This document shows positions 11,631 to 22,896 of a stretch of DNA of 64,000 nt, one piece after another (the stretch's first letter is position 1; each line of letters opens with the position of its first letter). The notes beneath the pieces are model-generated. The model had not been told where the DNA came from. It made no database searches and was given only the letters and a program-made list of their open reading frames with translations. The position numbers were made by a program, and so were the translations under genes. The stretch covers positions 310,001-374,000 of the forward strand of contig JABVCE010000026.1 of the NCBI GenBank assembly GCA_014905635.1, given 5' to 3'. The DNA comes from Scenedesmus sp. PABB004 (lineage: Eukaryota).

Positions 11631-14600
11631 TCAGTTGGCGCCGCCGGTGCTGCCGTTGGCCGAGCCGCCGCCGCTGCTGCTCACGCCCTTCTGCTCCAGC
11701 AGCGCGTTGAGCTTCACCTCCAGCGTGGAGAGGTCCTCGTACATCGCAGGCAGGTCGAAGCCCTGCGCCCGCGCGGGACGGCAGAGGCGGCGCGTTTGGC
11801 GCGGCGGCGCAGCGGAGCGGGGCGGCGCGGCAAGGCGGCGGCGGGGCGGGGCGGGCGCGGCGCGGCGCCGCACGCCGGCCGCCGCGCACCTCCCACGCGA
11901 AGTGGCGTTGCGAGAAGGTGCGGTTGGCCACCCACACCGCGCTGTTGCACTTGAAGCCTGCGGGGGCACGTGGGCGCGTGGACGCGCGGCACAGCGCGGC
12001 GCAACGCCCCAGGCCCTGCGTGACAGCCCGCCCGCCTTGCCCGCCCCGCGCCCCGCGCCGCGCACCGGAGCCAAACGCGATCTGCAGCACCTTGTCGCCG
12101 CGGCGCAGGCCCCTGAAGTGCTCGATGAACGCGAGGACGTACCTGCAGGGCGGCCGGGGCGCGGCCAGGGCGGGGACGGCGGCGCGGTGCTGTGGGCACG
12201 GGGCAGGGCCGCGCCGCGCCGCCCGAGCGCCAAGGCAGCGCCCGCCGCGGCCGGCGCCGTGCCGGCGCGGCCGGCCGCCGGCCGGGGCCAGCCGTGTCGC
12301 GGCGCGACCCCCCCCCCGCCCCCGCCCCTGCGCACCACACGCTGCTGCTGGAGACGTTGCCGTAGCGGTAGAGCGCCGCGCGGCTGGGCTCCACGTAGGC
12401 GTGGGTGAGGCCGAGCTCGCGCTGGATCGCGTCCACCACGCCGCGCCCGCCTGCGCCGCCGCGGCGCCCGGGGCGTCGGCCGGCCGCGCGGCGCGCGCGG
12501 CCACCGCGCCGCGGGCCAGCGCGCGGCCACTGCGCCGCGCGGGCCACGTGCGGCGGGCCGGCGCACCGGTGTGGATGCAGATGTGCTTCGCGGCGACCTG
12601 GAAGTCCGGGACGTACGCCGGCACGCGCAGGCGCAGCAGGCGCCGCGCGACGAGGTTGGCGGCAAACGCGAGCTGCTCGCTCAGCGGCAGCACGCGCGGG
12701 CCGAGCGCGGTAATGTTGGCGCGGAGCGCCTTGCCTGCGGCGCCGGCAGCATCGGCGGCGGCGGCGGCGGCGGCGTTGGCGGGCCACGTCACGCCGCCCG
12801 GCGGCTGCCGGCCGGGCGCCAGCCGCAGCCCCTGGGCAGACGTGCGTGCGGCGTGGGGCGCCCGAGGTGCCCCGGCCGCGGGCGCACGCCTGCGGCGGCC
12901 CGCACCCGCGATGCGCATGAGGTCCCTGCTCAGCTTCACGCCGCGGTGCCCCGCCGCGTCCTCGCGCTCCATCACCTGCGCGCGCGGCGGCGGCGGTCGA
13001 CACCACCACCACGTCGGACGGCGCGGGCGCTGGCGGCGGCGGCGCGGGCGGTGCAGGAGCGCGCGCGCGACGCACGCAGTTGAACGACGCCGCGTCGCCC
13101 GCGAGCGTGGTGCGCTGCACGCAGTCCAGCCGGTACTTGGCGCGCCTGGGGGGGGGCACAGGCGCGGCTCAGGTCGAGCGCCGTCCAGCCACCCGCCCCA
13201 GTCCGCCGCCCCACCCCCGCCGCGCGCCGCCAGCGCCGCACCAGGCCTCGCTGCGCCGGTTGCTGATGAGCATCGCGGCGCCGCCGACGCGGAAGAGGAC
13301 GTTGGGAATGAGCATGCTGCGCTCGGTGCCCATGTACATGTTCTGCGTGATGTTCTCCGTGCTCACGACCAGCGCGTAGCCGCCGCGGCCGCGCATCGCG
13401 AGCAGCTGGCGCGCGAGGTCCACCGCGATCGGGCTCGCTGCGCGCGGCAGGGCGGCGGGGCGGCGGGGCGGCAGGGCGGCTGGGCGTGAGGGCGGCCGCC
13501 GAGCCGAGCCCACGCCGCGCCCGGGGCCGCGCGCGCGGCGCGCTGCTGCGCGCCGCGCCCCGCCGCGCCTGAGCAGCCCATGCCGCCGAGGTTGTAGGTC
13601 ATGGTGGTGGCCGGCATGCCAAAGTGGTGCATGACGTGGGCCGCGAGGCTCGGCGTGGGGCAGAAGAGGCTGCAGTTGACGATGACGACGTCGATCCGCC
13701 GCGGCGACACGCCCGTGCGCTCCAGCAGCTCGCTGCGGCGGCGTTGGCGCGTCGGCGGCGTTGGCGCGTCGGCGCGGCGGCGCGGGGCCGGCTGCGTTGC
13801 CGGCGGGCCCGGGCCCAGTGGCCCGGAGGCCGCGTCGCGCGCGTGGGCGCACCGGCAGGCCTTAATGACGATGAGGTCAAACTCAAGCTTGGCCTTCTCG
13901 ATGCTCGTGTCCTGTGGGTGGTTGGCGAGCCAGGGCGGCAGGTAGGTCTCGTTGCCGAGGCCGCCAAACCACAGCACCTGCGGCGCGCGGGCGGCGGCGG
14001 CGGCGGCGGTCAGGGCGCGCGGGCGGGGGCGGTCAGGTCGGCGGCGCGCCGTGCGCACGCGTGCGGCGGCTGCGGCTGCGGCGGCGGCGGCCGCGCAGCG
14101 CCGCGCCTTGCGCTGGAAGTCGACCGCCTCGCGCGAGAAGTGCTGGCTGCTCTCGGCAAAGTTCTCAGAGTCGAGGCGGCTGCAGATCCAGCTGCAGGGG
14201 CGACGCGGCGGCGGCGCGGGGCTCGGCGCGGCGAGCGCCCGCGATGCCTGCCGGAACCCAGAGCACGATGCGGTGGTGCGGTGATGCTGGGCGGGGCGGC
14301 CAGCGCGGGCGCGCAACCCACCTGTCGTCGGGGCGGGCGACCTGGAAGTCCACCAGGTAGGTGGCGCGCCGGCGCAGCGCCCACGCCGCGCCCACGCCCG
14401 CGAGCGCCAGCGCCGCGCCGAGAAGCAGGTGGAACTGCGCGCGGCGCGCGCGCGCGGGTTGGCGGCGCCGCCGCCCACCGGCCGCGCAGCGCGCGCTGTG
14501 CGCGCCGCCGGCGCACCAGCTCCAGCTCCACGCGCGTCGCGCGCGCGGCGTCCAGCAGTGCCGCCAGCGCGCCGCTGGCGCTCATGGACTGGAGCTTGAA

Positions 14601-14917
14601 CTGCGGCAGCGGCGGCGGCGGCGGCGGGCGTGTCAGCAGCGCGGGCTGGATCGTCGCCGGTCGGTTGGGCGTCGGTTTCGCGCGCGCCGCACCGCGCCGA
14701 CCGCCGCCGCGGCCACCGCCGCGGCGGGCAGCGTCTTCTGCACCACCACGTCAATTGCGCGCTTGGCCAGCGCCAGCTGCGGCGAGTCTGCGGCGGCGGC
14801 GCGCGGCGCGCTCGGCGGTTGGCGCGGCGCGGCCCGCACGGGCCGCCGCGGCCCTGGCCCGCCCTGGTCCGGGCGCGGCGCACCTGGCGCGCGCCCGGGC
14901 GCCGGTGCGGCCGCCAT
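11631..14917 (-). CDS. KCS: 3-ketoacyl-CoA synthase (FAE1/KCS, very-long-chain fatty acid elongase condensing enzyme)
   Basis: About 15 exons. [28 protein letters not shown] (catalytic Cys), [46 protein letters not shown]. Confidence 0.96.
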
Positions 14918-15322
14918 GGCGCGTCGCGGCGTGCGGGGAGGCGCGGTCGTGCCGCGGTCGAGCTGCGGGCGCGAGCTGGGCGGCCCAGCAATTCTGGGGC
15001 TGGTGGCCTGCGACAGGAGAGACTCGGAGCCGACTGGGGGGCGTGCCTGCCAGGGCGTGCGGGAGCTGGACCGCCCAGCATCGCGCGCGGTCGGGGCTCT
15101 GTGTGTCGCGCCCGCGCGCCTGCGTGGCCCCGCTGCCCACGCGTCGCGATCGTGGAGCAGCGTCTGACGCGCGAGGCGAACGCTTGCTCAGCAGCAGCAC
15201 CGCAGCAGCAGCACCTCCCACGGCCTCGCAGCACGCGCTGCGGGCGACGGCGACCCGCCGCTGCCTGCCAGCAGGCCCGGCCAGCGTCCACGCGCGGCTC
15301 GGGGCTCAGGGCGTGCAGCGCC

Positions 15323-16272
15323 ATGGCCCTCGCGGGGGCCCTCCCACGCAGCGCGGCGCCCTGGCGCGCCACGGCCGCCCCGGCCGCGCCCCGGGGCGCG
15401 CCCGGCCACCGGCGCGCCGCCGGGCCGGCCGCGCGGGGCGGCGGAGCCAGCGGCGCCGCCGCCGCGCAGCAGCGCGGCCACACCCCGCCGCGCCGCGCCG
15501 CCCGTGCGCGCGTGGTCGCCTGCCGCGCCGCGGCGGGCGAGAAGAAGCAGCTGCCCATCTTCCCGCTCTCCGTCGTGGCCCTGCCGTCGGCGACGGTGCC
15601 GCTCATGATCTTTGAGGCCCGGTGCGGCGCCGCGCAGCGGGCCGCGGGCGCTGCGTGCGGCCCGCCGAGCGCGCCGCGCGTGCCACGCCGCAGGTACCGC
15701 GTGCTGTTCAACACGCTGCTGGCGGGCGCGGAGAACGTGGACGAGGGGCTCGTGCAGCAGGAGAGCCCGTTTGCGGGTGCGCGCGGCGCCGCCGTCGGAA
15801 GCCCCGCCCCGCGCCGTCCCCCGCGCCCCGCGCCCCGCGCCCGCGCCGTGCGCACAGCGCCGCGCGCGTCGACGCCGCGCCGACGCCGCGCGGCGCAACA
15901 ACGCCGCCAGGGTCGCGGCGCTTTGGCATGTGCTACGTCGACGAGAAGGGCCGCATGTCGACGGTCGGCACGACGCTCGAGATCCAAAACTTTGTGCTCG
16001 ACCCCTCCGGCCGCATGTACGTCACGTCCAAGGGCCTCGAGCGCTTCCGCGTCACCAGCGTCATCGCCGAGCGGCCCGTCATGCTGTGCGAGGTCGAGGT
16101 GCTGCCCGAGGACGACCCCGACGCCAGCGACGAGGCGCGCGCCCGCGCCGCGCCGCGCCGCCGCAGCCCGTGGCGCCGCGCCGCCACGCCGCAGCCCGCG
16201 CAGCCGCCGCGCGCCGCAGCCCGCGCCGCCGCGGCCCCCGCCGCCGCGCGCCGCCCGCGACCCGGGTCGCCT

Positions 16273-16327
<55 letters not shown>

Positions 16328-16898
16328 TGCCGCTGCCGCCGCCGCGGCCAGGCCAAGGCGCTCGCGGGGGAGGTGGGCGAGCTCTTCCGAAATGTGCTGC
16401 GCCTGCACGTCAAGGTCACCAAGAGCCGCGCCGCGGCGCGCGGCGCGGGCGCGCGCGGGCCGGGCGCCGCGGCCGCGAGCGCGGCGGAGAGCAGCGACGC
16501 GGAGGACGAGTCGATGGAGCCGCTGGAGCTCACCGAGCTGGGGCCGCGCGAGCTCAGCTACTGGATCGCGCACGCGTTCACGGTGACACAACGCGCGGCG
16601 CGGCGCGCGCGCGGCGCGTGTTCGGACGTCACCGCGCGTTCGGCCGCCCGCGCGCGCCGCGCGCCACTCGCGCCGCCCGCCCGCGCCGCAGGACTCGCGC
16701 TACACGCAGCAGGCGCTGCTGGAGGAGGACAGCACCATGACGCGGCTGGGCGCTGAGAAGGAGCTGCTGGCGCAGACGCTGAAGTACTACACCGCAGCGA
16801 CGGCGCTGGAGGGCGTGTTCAGCGCCGCGCCGGGCGGCGGCGGCGGCGGCGCCGCCGCGGGCGAGGCGGCGCCGCCGCCGGCGGGCGGCCCCGACTGA
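15323..16898 (+). CDS. LON protease N-terminal (substrate-binding) domain protein, probably plastid-targeted; no protease domain
   Basis: LPIFPLSVVALPSATVPLMIFEAR|YRVLF, RRFGMCY, GRMYVTSKGLERFRV, LSYWIA, QQALLEEDSTMTRL. Five exons. Confidence 0.92.
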
Positions 16899-17653
16899 GG
16901 GGCGGGCGCAGAGCCCGGCAGCCCGGACGCAGAGCGGGGCGGGGCCGGTGTGTTTGGTTTGGTGCGCCGGCGGCGCTGGGTCGTGTGATCCGTGTGTGCG
17001 TGGTGGGGGGGCGCGCCGCTTTGTGGGTCCGTGCGGACGGCCCGAGCCGCCCGCTGAGCGTCCCTGCCGGCGCGCCGTGTGCGAGAGGAGAGCGACGGGC
17101 CCGCGCCCCAGAGCGCTGCCCGCGGCAGCGGCGGGCGGCGCACTCGCGGGGAACGTTGGAGCGACGGTAATCGGGCGAGTGAGTCACACAAATCCACCGT
17201 CGGTCGGCGCAGCGTGCCGCGCAGCGCCGCCGCGGACTTGCTGCCGCGCGATGCGCCCCACCCACCCCCGGCAGCCCCGTCCCCGCCGCCGCGCCCCCGG
17301 ACCCCCCATTGCAGCAGCGCTAGAACAGCCCGGGCGGCGCGGCCCCGCGCGTCCTGGCACCACCACCAAGCGGGCCGCCCGCCCTGCCGCGGTCAAAAGC
17401 TCGTCGTCAGTCGGTCGTCAGCTCGGGGCGGGCGGGCGCACGCGCACGCCCGCGCGCCCGCCCGCCCAGTCATGTGCACGGTGCGCCGCGCGCACGCACG
17501 CGCACCCAGCGGGCGGCGCGGCGCGCGCGCGCTGCGCCGCCGCCGGCCCCCGCCCGCGCGGCGCCCCTCGGCAGCAGCTGGCGCGGCGCCGGCTGCTGCG
17601 GGCGCCGCCGGCTCCCGCCCCCGCCCCCCGCGCCCGCGCGCGGGCGCGGGCGC

Positions 17654-18373
17654 TCACGCACGCGTCGCGCGCGCGCGCCGGGGCGTGGTGGCCCGCGCGG
17701 GCGAGCTCGGCGTGGGCGCGGGCGACTTGGCCGCGCGCGCGCGGCTCGCCGCGGGCGTGGTCGCCGCCGCCGCGCGCCGGCCGCGCGCGGGGCTGGTCAT
17801 GCGCTCCGCCGTCTTGGGCGTCCTGGCGGCCGGCGCGGGCGTGGCCTCGGCCGCCTTGGCGCGGGGGGTCTGCGCCGGGGGCGGCGGCGCCGGCGGCAGC
17901 CGCGCGGCGCGGGCGCGCGTGGGCGGCGGGCGGTTGCGGCGCGGCGCCGCGCGCCGGCCGCGGCGCGGCCCCTGGGCACCCGCGGGCCGCGCCCCCGCGC
18001 TGCGGCGCCGCCGGCCTCGGCCGACGGGCGCCCGGGGGGCGCGGCCGCGGCCAGGGCGGGGCGTTTCGGGCTCGTTGTTAGCGCGCGCCGCCCGGCCCCC
18101 GCGGCGCGCCCCGGCGCCCACCTTGGCCGGCGCGGGCGAGACGTCGCCGCCTCCGGGCGGCTTGTGTTGCCGCGTGCTGCGGCGCACGACGCGGCCGGCC
18201 TCCTCCACCAGCATCGTGCCCGCCTCGAACTCGCCCGGCGCGTCGTCGTCGCTGCGGCGGTGCTTGGGCGGCGGCAGGCTGCTTTTGAGGTAGAGAACGG
18301 CCACAAAGGCAACCAGCGCGGTGGCCACCACGAACGCGGCGACCAGCAAGTCTTCCAGCGTCGGCGGGGCCAT
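17654..18373 (-). CDS. Small single-pass membrane protein with a basic, SP/TP-rich tail
   Basis: ATG at 18373; hydrophobic LLVAAFVVATALVAFVAVLYL; probable GT-AG intron 18121-17870; RVVRRSTRQHKPP; tail with TPR/TPK/SPAR/TPRR. Confidence 0.7.
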   Translation of the reverse strand: MAPPTLEDLLVAAFVVATALVAFVAVLYLKSSLPPPKHRRSDDDAPGEFEAGTMLVEEAGRVVRRSTRQHKPPGGGDVSPAPAKVGAGARRGGRAARANNEPETPRPGRGRAPRAPVGRGRRRRSAGARPAGAQGPRRGRRAAPRRNRPPPTRARAARLPPAPPPPAQTPRAKAAEATPAPAARTPKTAERMTSPARGRRAAAATTPAASRARAAKSPAPTPSSPARATTPRRARATRA

Positions 18374-18656
18374 GGCTGCGGCTGCGCGGGCCTCACGGCA
18401 TGAGCGGGCGGCGCGTCGCACCAGTCGGGCGTGCGCGGGGGCGCGCCGCGGGCCGTGGGCGCCGGGGCGCGCGCGACTGTCATTCGCGCAGCGGTTCGGG
18501 CCGCCCCGCGCCCTGCAGGTGCGGGCGGAGGCGCAGCCGGCCCGCCCACGCGCAGAGCGTCGATCCACGCACGCCACGCGCGCGGCGCCGCCCCCGCGCT
18601 GCGCTGGCGCCCGCGCCAGGCTGGCCAAGTGTGCTGCTGCAGCACACCTCCCAGCG

Positions 18657-19745
18657 ATGCAGGCCGCTGCCCCCGCCCGCGCTCACCGGGTGGCGGGCCC
18701 AGCGTCGGCGTCAGCCTGGACGCGGCGAGCACCGAGCAGCAGCAGGCGCGCCGCGCGCGCGCTGCGGCACCGGGCGGCAGCAGCGCGCGCGCCGCACCAC
18801 CCCCGCAACGACGCGCGCGCACCGCACCGCCGGCAGCTCAGCGCGCCTGGGGGCGCGCCGCCAGCCAGGCCAGCAGCTGAGACCCGGCCCGCCGCGCCCC
18901 GCCCGCCGCGCCCCGCCGCGCCGCGCCCGCCGCGCAGGGCGCGCCGCGTCGCGGCGCGCGGCGCGGCGCCGGCCGCGCAGGCCGCGGCGGCCGCGGCGGC
19001 GGGGCTCAAGGCCGACATCGTGCGCCTCTCTGGCGGCAGGTACGGCCACGACCTGGACGCCGGTGCCCGGGCGGCGGTGCTGGCCAAGGTCGCGGAGCTC
19101 GAGCGCCTTGCGCTGCCCGTGGCGGTGAGCGTCGACGCGCTCGCCGGCACGACGTGGGCGACCGTCTTCACGACCTCGGACGGTGCGCGCACTGTGCGTG
19201 TGTGTGGGGGGGGGGCAGCGATCAGCAGGGCGATCGTGCTTGCCCCGCGCAGCGCACGCGCGGCGCGGCGTCGCGCGGGCCGAGCCAGCCCGCCCGCGCG
19301 CGCCCGCGGCCGTGCGCGCAGGCGCGAGCTCGGGCAAGGTCGGGCCCTTTGTCGCGGAGGTGCGGCAGGAATTCCCCGCGGGCGCGCCGGGCACGTACGT
19401 CAACGTGTCGCGCCTCGGGCTCGTCAGCGCGGCGCTGCGCGGCGAGTGCCGCGCCGGCGAGGGAGGGGACCTCATCGACCTGGAGTTCAAGGACCTGGCG
19501 CTGCGCGTCGGGCCGCTCCGCGCGGCGCACAAGGCGCGCCGCCGTGCCCGCGCCGCAGCCGCAGCTGCGTCGGGCCCCCCTCTGCAGCCGCGCCGCGCCG
19601 CGCGGACACTGCGCCCGCGCGCCGCCGCGCGCAGGAGTTTGCGCCGGGCAGCATGCGCGGGCACTGGCGCATCACGTTTGCGGACGCAGACTTTCGCGTG
19701 TTCTACTCCAACAAGGGCAACCTGTTCGTGCTGCGGCGGCTGTGA
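18657..19745 (+). CDS. PAP/fibrillin family plastid lipid-associated protein
   Basis: LKADIVRLSGGRYG...VAELERL, LAGTTWATVFTT, GKVGPFVAEVRQEF, GHWRITFADADFRVFYSNKGNLFVLRRL. Transit-peptide-like N-terminus. Confidence 0.88.
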   Translation: MQAAAPARAHRVAGPASASAWTRRAPSSSRRAARALRHRAAAARAPHHPRNDARAPHRRQLSAPGGAPPARPAAETRPAAPRPPRPAAPRPPRRARRVAARGAAPAAQAAAAAAAGLKADIVRLSGGRYGHDLDAGARAAVLAKVAELERLALPVAVSVDALAGTTWATVFTTSDGARTVRVCGGGAAISRAIVLAPRSARAARRRAGRASPPARARGRARRRELGQGRALCRGGAAGIPRGRAGHVRQRVAPRARQRGAARRVPRRRGRGPHRPGVQGPGAARRAAPRGAQGAPPCPRRSRSCVGPPSAAAPRRADTAPARRRAQEFAPGSMRGHWRITFADADFRVFYSNKGNLFVLRRL

Positions 19746-20507
19746 GCAGCAGGCTGGGGCGCGGGCGGGACGTCCCGCGGGGTCCTGCTGCAAGGTATTG
19801 GGAAGCTGTTACGTTCCTCCCACGTCGCGTCATGTCGCTCGCTCAGGCAGCGGTGCTTGTGCAGCATCTGCTTTCCCCTCACTCGCAAAAACACGTCGCG
19901 CGCGCGCTGATTAGTTTGGTCAAGCCGAAACCGTCGCCCTCGGGGCGCGCGCAGGGCGGCCCCAGTCCTGCCCGCCGAGTGCGCCGCGGGGCGCACAGCA
20001 CGCGTCGCAGCAGTCTTTGTGCGGCTGCTGAAGTTGGGATGCCCACGCCCCCACCCACCCACTGCAGCCCCCGCCTCCCTCCCCAAGCCGCAGCAGGCTG
20101 TTCGGGCAGCCGCCGGCAAGGCAACTCCCCCACGCTCGGGGCTGTGCGCGTTCCGACTCGCTCGCCCAAAACACACGGGGCACCGCCAAACCGGTGCTGC
20201 TCGCGCATGAAATCTCTGTTCCGCGCGCGCCCTGCAACGGGGCGGCGCCTAGCAGGAGGCTTGGAGCCGCACTCCTGAAACAAACCGGCGTGTACAGGCC
20301 GTTGTACGACAAAACGCTTTTCACGTTAACGCTTTTCCAGGGTAGTACAGGCAGGCACAGGCGTGCAGTGCAGGTGATCGTGGCGACGCGCGCGCGGCCG
20401 GCGCCGGGTGTGTGTGGCGCGCCGGCGCGCGTGGAAATAATCGAGGGGCTGCTGAGCCCCTCGCACTCGTGGGTGCCTCTCGTCTTGTCTTGGGGTGCGT
20501 GCCGTGT

Positions 20508-21582
20508 TTACGCGCGCTCCGTCTGGGCCATGGACACGGCCTCGTTGGCCTGCGGGCGGCGGCGCGCGGCGGGTGGCGTGAGCGCGGCGCGCACGGCACG
20601 CGGTGGCCTGCGCCTGCGCGCGCGCGCGCGCCCGGCAGGGGCGGCGCACAAGCGCGCGCAGTGCGCGCGCGCGCGCGGGGCGCGGCCGAGAGCGCGCACC
20701 TGGGCGAGCACGATGTGGTTGTTCGCCGCGCCGCTCATCGCGTTGGAGAGGATGGGGTTGTTGGAGGTGACGCCGTAGCTGGCGCTGCGCGTGGCGCCGC
20801 GCAGGACGCCGCCGCGTGCGGTAAGGATGGTGGACGACACCGAAGAGCGGCGGCCGGCGTTCATGCCGAGAGAGTCGGTGGTGGAGATGGAGGTCGCGCC
20901 CTCGTAGGTGGTGGCCTTGGCCATGCCGCCCATGACTGCGCGGGACGGGAGGGGCGGGGCAGGGTGAGCCGCGGGTTGGGCGGCGCGGGGGCCGCGGCGG
21001 CGGCCGCGCGCGGAGCTCGGGCGCGGCGGGCGCGGCGCGGCGCGGCGCGGCGGGGGCGGGCGCGGCGGGGCGCACCGAGCGCGGGCATGGAGGAGTGGCC
21101 GTTGCCGCGGTTGGGCCCGCCGCGCGTGATGTCCTGGGCCGAGCGCGCGCGGGGCGTGATGGCGCGGTTGTTGTTGTTGATGTCGGTGCTGTGCGCGTCG
21201 ACGGTCGCGTAGGAGCGCTTGGCCGGCGGCGCGGTGAGGCGGTGCACGCCGCCGAACGCGGAGTTGGCGGTCGCCTCGGCGGCCTCGGGCGTGAGCGCGG
21301 AGCGCGTGACGGTGGACGTGGACCTGGCGGGCTTGATCATGCGCGCGCCGACGATGGCCTCGTTGGAGTTCTGGAGCAGCCGGCGGGCCGCGTCGGCGCC
21401 GGGGCAGACTGCGCGCGGGGGCGGCGCGCGGGGCGGCGGTGAGGTGTCGGCGACGGGGAGGGGGCGCGGGAGCGCGGAGGCCCGCTGGGGGCCACCCACG
21501 CGGCGCCTCTTTTAACGCGGCGGCACCCACCTGCCAGGAGGACGGCGGACACCAGCAGCGCGAGGGCGATGCGGCGGGCCAT
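20508..21582 (-). CDS. Secreted protein B of unknown function (220 aa), paralog of 3609-4639
   Basis: Exons 21582-21531, 21408-21076, 20935-20700, 20549-20508. Signal peptide MARRIALALLVSAVLLAVCPGADA followed by RRLLQ. Confidence 0.87.
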
Positions 21583-22896
21583 CTGGACGAGTTGTGGGAG
21601 GCCTGCGGGTCGCAACACCGGCGGGCGTCAGCGAAAGCGCCCGGATCGAGCGGTGCGCGGTTCGATGGCGCCATCGCGGGCGGCCGGGGCGTGGCGCGAG
21701 CCGCGAGCCGCGGGCGCGCGGATGGAAGGCTGCAGCAGCATCGGTGGAAGCCTGGCGCGCGGTCCGCGCAGCCTTCGGCCGGCGCACCTGGATGGGCTCG
21801 GGGTGCTGAGTTGGCCGCAGGCTCGGAGGCTTGAGGAGCTCTAGAGGCTTGAGTAGCAGGGCAGCAGCGAACGTGGTTGTGCGATTGGGCGGCTGGGGCG
21901 TGCTTATGAGCGCGCGGCGGCGTCGGTGGCATCGGACCGGACGACGCACCCACTCCGACGTCTGAGTCTACCCTCCGCCGGCGCAGATGCCCAGCGACCG
22001 CGCATGCCATCAACGTGTTTGATACTGTATAGAACGTATGGATCGCGGAGCCGCGGCGCCCCCGGGCCGGCCAGGCGGGGCGCGGTGCAGGTCGGCGAGA
22101 TGGATGGGACAGCCGGTCATCGGTGACCACGCCGTGCTCCGACGGTGCCGATGAGGGGCCAATTAGCCGGCACACGGCACACACATTGCTACATACCAAA
22201 AGCGCGCCCCGTCGCGGCGCGCAGGAGTCGCAGCGGTGGCGTCACCAACGAACCGGTGACGCTCCGCTGCAGAGAGGCACCGGGGCGTGCAGCCCGGCAG
22301 GGCGCGGCCGCAAGGCAGGTTGTGTGTGTGCGGCAGGGACGCCGGGCGGGCTCCTGCGGATGGATCGTCGCCAGCCGCGACCGGGCGAGCCGCGGCCGAT
22401 CGGGACGCGCGCCGCCGCGGCGGCGGGCGCGCAGCTCCGGCCGGTGCGCGTGGCAGCAGCGACAGCTCCTGGGCGGGCGCTGCGCGGAACTTGACGATGC
22501 AGCTGAGCTCCATGCTTCGGCGGGCCGGCGGCCGCGCTGCGGGCCCAGGGCCTGCGCCCTTGCACCGCCGCAAGCGACGGGGCGCTCCAAGAAGCCCGCC
22601 GCCATGCCTGGCCCCACCTGCGTCGCCGTGCCCCAACGCGCCGCCGTTTCCTGCGCCCGAGCAAAAGCCGCCCGCCCCGCCGCCGCTGCCGCGACCGCGG
22701 CCGCGCCAGCAGCGGGCGGCGCCGCAGCGCCGGCTGCGCAGCCGGCGCCCCCCCCCCCGGCCCTTGCCAGCCGGAGCGCACGTCGCGTGGGCTCGCAATG
22801 CGCCTCGGCTGACCGCGCCTACGGTCAGCCGACGCGTGGGGGGCCGCAGCAGCCCGCAGCAGCGGCGCCGCCGCTGCTCGCCCGCGCGGCCGCGCC

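Noticed and set aside
13363..16533. 1056-aa minus-strand ORF, and similar giants such as 46496-49672 and 26679-29069
   Set aside because: Shadow frames caused by stop-codon scarcity at extreme GC. They are antisense to, or run through introns of, real spliced genes.
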